Below are positions 8,905 to 16,197 of a stretch of DNA of 29,427 nt, one piece after another (within the stretch, counting starts at the first letter, position 1; each line of letters starts with the position of its first letter). The stretch is taken from positions 1 through 29,427 of the forward strand of contig DATDTP010000015.1 of NCBI GenBank assembly GCA_035290775.1, in the 5' to 3' direction. The translations under genes and the position numbers were made by a program. Under the pieces are notes generated by a model. The model was not told where the DNA came from and ran no database searches. It was given only the letters and a program-made list of their open reading frames with translations. This DNA is from an archaeon (GTDB taxonomy: Archaea; Aenigmatarchaeota; Aenigmatarchaeia; GW2011-AR5).

Positions 8905-9123
8905 TTATATCAGCTCCAGTTGAATTAATTTCTTTAATATCTCTTTGCCTTTTCCTGTACTATTTTCAATTTCTATAAAAGCAACGTCCCAAGTTATAGG
9001 CTTATCGTCTACTAAAAGTATAATTTCGTTCCTCATACCCAATGGCACGTTTGAATAAGCTCTTAGGAATCTATCTTTATTTTCGAGAGCGTCTTCTTTT
9101 GACATTGATATTATTTGTATCAT
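8905..9123 (-). CDS. Small hypothetical protein (72 aa; alternative start 9105), module subunit A
   Basis: First gene of the coupled three-gene operon; AT-rich TATA-like stretch near 9140-9150. Confidence 0.75.
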   Translation of the reverse strand: MIQIISMSKEDALENKDRFLRAYSNVPLGMRNEIILLVDDKPITWDVAFIEIENSTGKGKEILKKLIQLELI

Positions 9124-9173
9124 ATAGTATTAATCTGAGAATATATTATTAGTATTAACAATTTCATCTTAAA

Positions 9174-9572
9174 TCAGCGCTTCAGTGTTGCCGACGAAGG
9201 CCGGTATTGCGAGTCGCCCAGAAATTCTATCTTAGCTGTTTTCCAGTTGTAAGGGGCTACAATAAACCAAGAGCCGCCAGAGTATGTGCGCGTATAAAGC
9301 ACGACTTTTTTAGTAATTCCCCCCTGAGGGTACTGCAATGTCAGCCTGACGTATTTGAATCCCAAGTCCTGGCCGCTTTCCTTGTCCTTCAAAGAGCCGT
9401 AGAAAATAAATGCGCTGTTGCCAATCGTTAGCTGCGTATCATGCGGGTATGGCGAAAGCACCCTGACTGTTGCCGTGACCTGCGCACTGCTGCTTTCAGA
9501 ATACGCAATGCCTGCAAAGAGCATCAATGCTATGAGAGGCAATGCGAATAATATCAGGCTTTCTTTCCTCAT
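9174..9572 (-). CDS. Small secreted beta-sandwich protein with N-terminal extension (putative minor pilin/tip)
   Basis: Signal peptide, GGTGAGG RBS (9577-9583), mature N-terminus ESSSAQVTATVRV with alternating hydrophobic residues. Confidence 0.75.
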   Translation of the reverse strand: MRKESLILFALPLIALMLFAGIAYSESSSAQVTATVRVLSPYPHDTQLTIGNSAFIFYGSLKDKESGQDLGFKYVRLTLQYPQGGITKKVVLYTRTYSGGSWFIVAPYNWKTAKIEFLGDSQYRPSSATLKR

Positions 9573-9620
9573 TTTTCCTCACCTTTTATCAAAAAATGAA
9601 ATAAAATAAAAAAATCTACC

Positions 9621-10106
9621 TTAACAGCTTGCAGTGAATGTTATTGTTTGCGTGTATGTTCCTGCGGCCTGACCTGCTGGAATTGATAGTCTAAACTCTG
9701 GAATTTTTGTCTCACCATTCAAAACAATTCCATCAAATATTGGCACAGGCGATGATGATAATGCTAAATTTGTCCAAGACAGTTCGTTATCATCACTTAC
9801 TGAAGTTCTACTTACATCCATAGGGACAGTTACAGGATTCGTTTGCCAACCATCACCATACACAGTAAATCCAGTTGTTGAAACAGAACCTGTGTTTTTT
9901 ACGCTTACTGGTTGTGCTAATGATGGATTACCACCTGCAATTAATTGTCCGAATGCTATTGGATTTCCTGCAGTTATAGATAAGCCACAAGTTTCCTCTA
10001 TTGTCGTTTCTGCTGTTGCACTTATCGTTTCTGTTATTGCAAAAACTCCTGCTGCAAACAAAGCCAGAGCCATTACTGCTACTGATGCTCCTATTGCTTT
10101 TTTCAT
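9621..10106 (-). CDS. Secreted pilin-like subunit (Csu/spore-coat-U/WxL-like pattern), 161 aa
   Basis: GAGGTGA RBS at 10112-10118 places the start at ATG 10106. Motifs ATAETTIEETCGLSI..IAFGQL and C-terminal AGTYTQTITFTA. Confidence 0.75.
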   Translation of the reverse strand: MKKAIGASVAVMALALFAAGVFAITETISATAETTIEETCGLSITAGNPIAFGQLIAGGNPSLAQPVSVKNTGSVSTTGFTVYGDGWQTNPVTVPMDVSRTSVSDDNELSWTNLALSSSPVPIFDGIVLNGETKIPEFRLSIPAGQAAGTYTQTITFTASC

Positions 10107-10117
10107 ATTCTTCACCT

Positions 10118-10810
10118 CTAAATTTTTCCTAATTTTTTCAAAATCGCAAATGCGACTAAAATTATTACGATGATTGCGGCTATTGCTGCGCCTGTTGCAA
10201 GGTCTGCAGGGAAAGCTGCGGCAAAACCTGTGGACGGCAGGCCTGCTTGCAAAGGCTCTGCTGCAGGCTGCTGTTCTCCTAGACCGGTTGGTTCTGTGTT
10301 GTCAGGCTGGTCTGGATTGTTTTGTTGGGGTTGTTGCGCAGCCGTTGTATTTTTAGTTGGAGTTGCTGCAGTTCCAGAGCTGCCGGCTGATGATGGAGTG
10401 CTGTTTGCTGGAGCTGAAGAAGGCTGGTTTGTTACTGTAATTGTAAGGCTCTTTTTCATCTGAACGTTAATCTGCACCTGACCGGGCTTGCCCTGTTGCA
10501 GGGCGTAGACAGAACCGGATATTGTATTTCCTGAATTATAATTTGAAGGTATTGCTGCAGTGATAGAAGCATAGACAATTTTGTTCGGCACTAATTCAAC
10601 AGAAGCTGGAAAAGACAGATACTGCGCGGCATCGCCATCTGCTCTTATGCTTATTGTTATGGTTTCATTGCCGTCGTTCACCAAGCCGTATTGGGCTGAG
10701 TTGCTCCCGCCGACAGGCACAGAAATGAGCAGCTGGCCTGCTACCTGCTGCAGTGCAAGCGCGCTTGGCGTAAATAACAAAATGAATAGAATGAATAATA
10801 TCCTTTTCAT
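10118..10810 (-). CDS. Secreted Ig-like (PapD/DUF916-like) domain + S/T/P/Q linker + C-terminal membrane anchor
   Basis: Signal peptide; beta-rich ~105-aa domain; low-complexity linker; LPSTG, hydrophobic helix and KKLGKI tail; GGGGTGGA RBS. Confidence 0.8.
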   Translation of the reverse strand: MKRILFILFILLFTPSALALQQVAGQLLISVPVGGSNSAQYGLVNDGNETITISIRADGDAAQYLSFPASVELVPNKIVYASITAAIPSNYNSGNTISGSVYALQQGKPGQVQINVQMKKSLTITVTNQPSSAPANSTPSSAGSSGTAATPTKNTTAAQQPQQNNPDQPDNTEPTGLGEQQPAAEPLQAGLPSTGFAAAFPADLATGAAIAAIIVIILVAFAILKKLGKI

Positions 10811-10919
10811 TCAGAAATCCACCCCTGTAATGTACCTGTGCTGTGCAGTATATAAGATTATGTTTTGGAACAAGCTGTGTGCACAGTAGTTTAAATAGAT
10901 ACATAGATACATATATAGT

Positions 10920-11180
10920 ATGCTAAGTATGAAACTAATGGAAATGCGAGAACGAGCTAAAGATGAATTGGAACACATAGAAAATGGGAATTTATATCAA
11001 AATATGTTAAGGCAGGTTTATTTTGACATGCGGATGAACAGCATGGGGAAAAAAGCTAAGTATCCTAATGATAAAAATGAAATACTGAAAATTTCAATAC
11101 AAATGATAAAAAAATGGGCTAAAAAAGATAAGGCAGAATTTAATCCCCAATTTGACAATAAGTTTTTTAAAACACAATAA
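10920..11180 (+). CDS. Small hypothetical protein (86 aa)
   Basis: ORF fills the gap between divergent genes; TTTAAATA box ~30 nt upstream; no recognisable motif. Confidence 0.6.
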   Translation: MLSMKLMEMRERAKDELEHIENGNLYQNMLRQVYFDMRMNSMGKKAKYPNDKNEILKISIQMIKKWAKKDKAEFNPQFDNKFFKTQ

Positions 11181-11342
11181 ACTAGGGGGTATCAGACATG
11201 CAAAACGTAACAAACAGAAAAATTGGATTTTGATGGCAGCAACAGAAACTTAAAACTGAGAAATTTTAAAAAACAACAGATGATTTAACAGCGCATCGAT
11301 TTTATAATAAGACAAAATTAATTAAAGAAAATAAAAAATAAT

Positions 11343-12098
11343 TTACTTTGCTAATGCAGCGTCTATGGCGGTCTTGAAAGCGCTGTAAGGCTGTGCGCCT
11401 ACCAGCTTGACACCGTTCACAAAGAATGATGGTGTGCCGCTTACGCCATAAGATGATCCATCAGATATGTCTTTCTGGACTTCAGATGCGTATTTGCCTG
11501 AGCTTAGGCATGACTCAAACTGTGCCTTGCTTGCCCCTGCTGCCACTGCATATTCACTGAATTTTGCAGCTGCGGCTGTTGCGTCAAGATTTGACCATGC
11601 TGACTGAGTTTCAAACAGCTTGTCGTGCATCTGCCAGAATTTTCCCTGCTCGTCTGCACACTCTGAAGCTTCTGCCGCTTTCTGTGCATTTGGATGGAAG
11701 CCTAGAGGAAAGTCCCTGAACACTACTTTGACTTTTCCTGTGTCAACATAGTCTTTTCTTATTGACTGAAGAGTCTGCGTGTAGAATCTTTCACAGAACG
11801 GGCACTGGAAGTCTGAGAATTCTATTATTGTAACTTTTGCATTTGCCTGTCCTTCTACAGGGTCGTCGTCAGCAGAAACCTGTATTGCATCAGGTTGTGT
11901 AGGCTGCTGAGGAGCTGCGGGCGTAGGCTGTGCAACAACGTTTCCTGTTGTTGGTATGCCATTTACAGAACTGTTTCCTACGACATATCCGCCTGTAAAA
12001 GAAAATGCTATTGCTACAATAACAAGTGCTGCTAGCAATTTTGTATAGGTTGCTTTTCTTAATGTTATTGTTTCTCCTTTTATTGTCTCTCCGTCCAT
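11343..12098 (-). CDS. dsbA: Membrane-anchored DsbA/thioredoxin-fold oxidoreductase (paralog 1)
   Basis: EFSDFQCPFC active site, FRDFPL, cis-Pro GTPSFFVNG, GAQPY; N-terminal TM helix. Confidence 0.9.
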   Translation of the reverse strand: MDGETIKGETITLRKATYTKLLAALVIVAIAFSFTGGYVVGNSSVNGIPTTGNVVAQPTPAAPQQPTQPDAIQVSADDDPVEGQANAKVTIIEFSDFQCPFCERFYTQTLQSIRKDYVDTGKVKVVFRDFPLGFHPNAQKAAEASECADEQGKFWQMHDKLFETQSAWSNLDATAAAAKFSEYAVAAGASKAQFESCLSSGKYASEVQKDISDGSSYGVSGTPSFFVNGVKLVGAQPYSAFKTAIDAALAK

Positions 12099-12264
12099 GT
12101 TATCACATCTTTTGCTATTTCAACAAAGTATTAATATGCAATGTTTTGTGCTGTCAAAATGATACGTTATGATAATGTAATATTGCCTTGTTTTATAGCG
12201 CATCTCAAAGTTCAGTGAATGCTTTCTTTGAGTTTGTTATGTATGAGATATTGTTTTGCATGTA

Positions 12265-14031
12265 TTAAACAATACTGCAAATGCAATTGCTTCTGCTTAT
12301 ATTGCATTTCAGGCCTAGTGCTTCGTGCTTTTGCAATTTATTGTCTTTCATGTAACCGCAAATCATTTCTTTCTTTAGTGGCAGAAGAAGATTTTTCAAA
12401 TAGCCGAAAATGACGTCAACTTTGGATTTCAACTCTTCCAAAGAATTAGTTGTGCTGTTTATATTATTTTCCAAAATATCTAGCTTGTTGTTAGTTGCTG
12501 CAAGCTCGTTTTCCATGTCTGATAATTTATTTTCCGTATTGTCTAGTCTTGATTCTAAGTTGATAATTTTATTTTCTGAATTATTCACTTTTATTTCAAG
12601 ATCGCCTACTTTTTGCTTCAATTTATCAATCTCTTTAGTGAGATTTGTGCAGTTGCAAGCAGATGGTATTGATATGTCAACTTTGAACCATATGACATCT
12701 GAAAGATTTGCTGAGTTGCCAGCAGGATCTATGACCTGAATCATTGCATAATGCAAACCATTAGAAACAGATGCGGCATTGATTGTTCCATTTGTGTTGT
12801 TATTAATTAGCTGTGTAGTGCCATTAAAAATTCCGTCGATGAATAGTGTTACATTAATTTTACTAGTTGCAGCATTGTCAGTGACATTGAAGGCAAAAGA
12901 AGGATTTACAGTGGAAAAGTTTGTGTTATTCGCAGTAAGAATGATTATTTTTGGCGGTATTGTATCCATTTTTATTGATTCTTCATTAAATATGAGTATG
13001 CCCGGAAACGACCCATTAAAATACTTTTTCACAATAACTTCATCGACATATATTGTTTGATTTCCTGAAGTTGGGTAAACAAAGATACTAATACCTGAAA
13101 ATTTTTGTGTAGCATTATATCCTGTCTGCGGTTTATGAAAATTAAAATTTTTTGAATCATTTACCAGTATAAAAGTTCCAGATGAATTTATGTTAGCTTC
13201 AAGTTTTATGAATGTTGGACTAGTATCTGAGTCTAAGAAATTTATACCTGTATCTTGATACCCGACATTAAATGTTTGTACTGCATAATTTGTAGTTAAT
13301 TGATCATTTTTAGTTCCAAAGCCTATCCCATCATTACCTAGTTCAGTAAGAAATTCCACCATTTGAAATGAATTTCCTGGATTTCTCTGAAAGTATAATA
13401 TAATTGTTGCATTATCATGTACGTTCAAATTTAATGCAGCTGAAAGGTTTGCTATTTCTACAAGGCTATCTGCTCCATTTGTTGTGACTTGCATTGACTG
13501 ATTTCCATATTTTGATACAGCATTTGTTGGACCACCCGTAACCGGGCTAAAGCCGTTACGAATAACCCATTTCTTGTCTAGCCCAACCTCAAAGTTTTCT
13601 GTATCGGCCCATAAGAAAGTTACATTAGAATTCATTTTATCCAAGGCAACTGAGTTGTTGTAATACATCCAGAACGCCAGACTGTTGCCTTGCGCAACAG
13701 ACAAGTTACCTATTTTGAACCATACAATAGTATCTGTGCTGTTGCATCCTTGCACATAATACGGAACTATTTCTTTTTCATTATTAACGATTCTTATGTC
13801 GCTGCAATCGCTTTTCATTTTATTGCTCGATATAAGCTCTGCAGTATTTTGACTAAAGTTAGCTGTTACGTCTGTAGGACTATAAAAGAATGGATTCTCT
13901 ATATTAATTTGTTTTCTCAAGTTCCATTGCGTTAAATCATCGTCTGCTGCGTGCGTTGGAAATGAGAAGATAGATATTGTAAATAAAAAAAGTATAGTTA
14001 ATTTTATGATATTAGATTTGCATTTGTTCAT
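12265..14031 (-). CDS. Secreted glycoprotein: DUF2341 + beta-sandwich/Ig + C-terminal coiled coil and Cys-rich tip
   Basis: Signal peptide; WNLRKQINI..SDCSDIRIV..VWFK..WMYYNN DUF2341 pattern; heptad region LTKEIDKLKQKVGDLE...LKSKVD; many N-x-S/T sequons. Confidence 0.8.
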   Translation of the reverse strand: MNKCKSNIIKLTILFLFTISIFSFPTHAADDDLTQWNLRKQINIENPFFYSPTDVTANFSQNTAELISSNKMKSDCSDIRIVNNEKEIVPYYVQGCNSTDTIVWFKIGNLSVAQGNSLAFWMYYNNSVALDKMNSNVTFLWADTENFEVGLDKKWVIRNGFSPVTGGPTNAVSKYGNQSMQVTTNGADSLVEIANLSAALNLNVHDNATIILYFQRNPGNSFQMVEFLTELGNDGIGFGTKNDQLTTNYAVQTFNVGYQDTGINFLDSDTSPTFIKLEANINSSGTFILVNDSKNFNFHKPQTGYNATQKFSGISIFVYPTSGNQTIYVDEVIVKKYFNGSFPGILIFNEESIKMDTIPPKIIILTANNTNFSTVNPSFAFNVTDNAATSKINVTLFIDGIFNGTTQLINNNTNGTINAASVSNGLHYAMIQVIDPAGNSANLSDVIWFKVDISIPSACNCTNLTKEIDKLKQKVGDLEIKVNNSENKIINLESRLDNTENKLSDMENELAATNNKLDILENNINSTTNSLEELKSKVDVIFGYLKNLLLPLKKEMICGYMKDNKLQKHEALGLKCNISRSNCICSIV

Positions 14032-14061
14032 TTGAAACCTTTTGGCTGTTCTCTAAAAAGA

Positions 14062-14091
14062 ATATAAAATGCGTGTGTTCCATAATGTTCC
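14062..14091 (-). promoter_or_regulatory. TATA-like box with two GGAACA boxes at 10-bp phase
   Basis: TGTTCC at 14076-14081 and 14086-14091; minus strand GGAACA-CACGCAT-TTTATAT, the same 7-nt spacing as at 7110-7130. Confidence 0.55.
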
Positions 14092-14105
14092 AAAAATATT
14101 GACTG

Positions 14106-14882
14106 CTACTTTGCCAATTCAGCATCTATTGTTTGCTTGAAAACGCTGTAAGGCTGTGCGCCTACCAGTTCCACCCCGTTTATGTAAAATGTCGGAGTGC
14201 CACTTACGCCATAAGATGCTCCATCAGCTTCGTCTTTCTGAACATTAGAGGCGTACTTGCCTGTGCTTAGGCATGTGTCGAACTGCGCCTTGTTTGCGCC
14301 TGCTGCCACTGCATATTCGCTGAATTTTGCAGCTGCAGATGTTGCATCAAGGTTTGACCAGTCTGCCTGAGTTTCAAACAGTGTGTCATGCATTTGCCAG
14401 AATTTTCCCTGTTCTTTTGCACATTCTGTTGCTTCTGCCGCCTTCTGAGCGTTCTGATGGAAGCCTAGAGGAAAATGCCTGAAAACAAGCTTGACTTTTC
14501 CTGTGTCAATATAATCTGCTTTTATTGATGGCAATGTCTGCGTGTAGAACCTTTCACAGAACGGGCACTGCATGTCTGAGAATTCTATTATCGTGACTTT
14601 TGCGTTGGCGTCGCCCAGCACAGGCCCGTTGCCTGCTGCTGCCTGGACAACCACCTGCTGTTGCTGTTCAGGTGCCTGATTGTCGTTTGGCTGTTGTGCG
14701 ACAACATTTGCGCCATTTACAGAACTGTTTCCTACGACATATCCGCCTGTAAAAGAGAATGCTATTGCAAGTATCACGAGAGAAGCGAGAAGCATTTTGA
14801 AGGTTGATTTTTTAATTGATACGCTTTCCTGTTTTTTTACGTGCTCTTCTTTTTTCAAATGACTTTGATTTTCTTCTGCCAT
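14106..14882 (-). CDS. dsbA: Membrane-anchored DsbA/thioredoxin-fold oxidoreductase (paralog 2), 258 aa
   Basis: EFSDMQCPFC, GTPTFYING; GGAGG RBS at 14892-14896 supports ATG 14882 (MAEENQ). Confidence 0.9.
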   Translation of the reverse strand: MAEENQSHLKKEEHVKKQESVSIKKSTFKMLLASLVILAIAFSFTGGYVVGNSSVNGANVVAQQPNDNQAPEQQQQVVVQAAAGNGPVLGDANAKVTIIEFSDMQCPFCERFYTQTLPSIKADYIDTGKVKLVFRHFPLGFHQNAQKAAEATECAKEQGKFWQMHDTLFETQADWSNLDATSAAAKFSEYAVAAGANKAQFDTCLSTGKYASNVQKDEADGASYGVSGTPTFYINGVELVGAQPYSVFKQTIDAELAK

Positions 14883-14923
14883 TATACAAAACCTCCGCCT
14901 TTGGCGGCATTCTGCTATAACCA

Positions 14924-15013
14924 TTACATAAATTGTAAACGTTATTATGAAGATGCAAGTATATAAAGTTATTTTATTTCTAGGGCAAAATAATTTGTTA
15001 CATAAATTGTAAA
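14924..15013. promoter_or_regulatory. Two identical 16-bp operators TTACATAAATTGTAAA (14924-14939, 14998-15013) between divergent dsbA and blaI
   Basis: Exact repeat; each is an inverted repeat TTACA-N5-TGTAA containing the TACA/TGTA half-sites known for BlaI/MecI/CopY. Confidence 0.75.
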
Positions 15014-15044
15014 GCTTTTAATATAATTATGCACAAGCAAATGC

Positions 15045-15401
15045 ATGCAAAAAATAAAATTTGGAAAAAAGAGCGGCGTGCTTAGCCCGCTGGAAAACGA
15101 CATAATGCGCGTTTTATGGAAGAGCGGCGACATGAGAGTAAGGGAAGTGCAGAAAAAGCTCGGTAAAAATGTTCCGCTTACAAGCGTTGCCGTCCTTTTG
15201 GACAGGCTTCATTGTAAAAAGATTGTTTCCAGAAAAGTATCTACAGGCCAGGGCGGCAATCATTATATTTATTCGCCTTCGCTGACGCAGGAGAACTTTC
15301 AAAAGTCTATTGTAGAAGAGACTGTTGACAAGCTCATAGACGCCTTTGGCCCTGCTGCTGTCAGTTATTTTGACGAAAGGTTTAGAACCAAGAAAAGGTA
15401 A
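15045..15401 (+). CDS. blaI: BlaI/MecI/CopY-family repressor
   Basis: LSPLENDIMRVLW..VREV..TSVAVLLDRL..K..VSR..YIYSP pattern plus C-terminal dimerisation helices. Confidence 0.85.
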   Translation: MQKIKFGKKSGVLSPLENDIMRVLWKSGDMRVREVQKKLGKNVPLTSVAVLLDRLHCKKIVSRKVSTGQGGNHYIYSPSLTQENFQKSIVEETVDKLIDAFGPAAVSYFDERFRTKKR

Positions 15402-15406
15402 CCTAT

Positions 15407-16141
15407 ATGGTAGTTAATTTCAGCTCGCCTACATGTTTTGCAGAGTCTACTATTGCGAGCCCTGACATGTTTTTGATCTACGCGCTGTTCCTGTCTCTTG
15501 CATTTATTTCAGTAATAGCCATAAGAAAAACAAGCATGAGCAAAGCAAGAATAGGCCTGATTTATCTTCATCTTGCTTTCTTGTTCATGCCTTTGGCATT
15601 TTTGTCAACGAATACAGCATGCGGGCTTATGTGCTCAAGCTGCCACAACAACATGCCCTTGCTCTTCTTATATTCGCTGCCTATTGCTGTTCTAGGCGCA
15701 GCGTTTTTTGGCTTTGTAGGAATACCTGCGTTTTATGCAATGTCATCCAAGAGAATCAAGACAAGGTGGATAAATGATTTTGTAAAAAAGCATTCTGAAC
15801 TCATGAGCATTAAAGTGCGCGACGTGAGGCTTCTGAACAAGGCAAGCCCTGTTGCTTTTTCATTTCGCAGCCTGCGGTCTGGAATATTTTTATCAGTCGG
15901 AATGTTTGATGTCCTGAACAAAAAAGAAATAGAGGCTGTGCTGCTGCACGAGCTTGCCCACATAAAACGCATGTCTTCTGTCGGCAAGGTATCGCAAAAG
16001 CTTATGCTATTTTCCCCATTTTACAAGATTGCATCTTTCGGGCACTCCCGCGAGGAAGAAATTGCAGATGAGTTTGCAATCCAGGCACAAGGAACAAGCA
16101 TGCATATTAAAAATGCAAGGAAAAAATTTGACGCTTTCTAG
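15407..16141 (+). CDS. BlaR1/HtpX-like (M56/M48) membrane zinc protease
   Basis: Three N-terminal hydrophobic helices; AVLLHELAHI zinc motif; EEEIADEFA third ligand; directly follows blaI. Confidence 0.85.
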   Translation: MVVNFSSPTCFAESTIASPDMFLIYALFLSLAFISVIAIRKTSMSKARIGLIYLHLAFLFMPLAFLSTNTACGLMCSSCHNNMPLLFLYSLPIAVLGAAFFGFVGIPAFYAMSSKRIKTRWINDFVKKHSELMSIKVRDVRLLNKASPVAFSFRSLRSGIFLSVGMFDVLNKKEIEAVLLHELAHIKRMSSVGKVSQKLMLFSPFYKIASFGHSREEEIADEFAIQAQGTSMHIKNARKKFDAF

Positions 16142-16197
16142 AGTGCACAAAGCATATTTGTAAAGCATTAAATCTTCTCATACGAAATGTTAATTCT

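Noticed and set aside
11198-11233. Micro-ORF MQNVTNRKIGF with GGGGGT upstream
   Set aside because: Only 11 codons with no independent support; expected by chance in AT-rich intergenic DNA.
12161-12185. BlaI operator upstream of dsbA paralog 1
   Set aside because: Only the TGTAA half is present; the left half at N5 spacing is GTTAT, not TTACA.
15632-15646. Bona fide c-type cytochrome call for the CxxCH
   Set aside because: No cytochrome c maturation genes are visible and the motif sits in a short protease loop; kept only as an alternative hypothesis.
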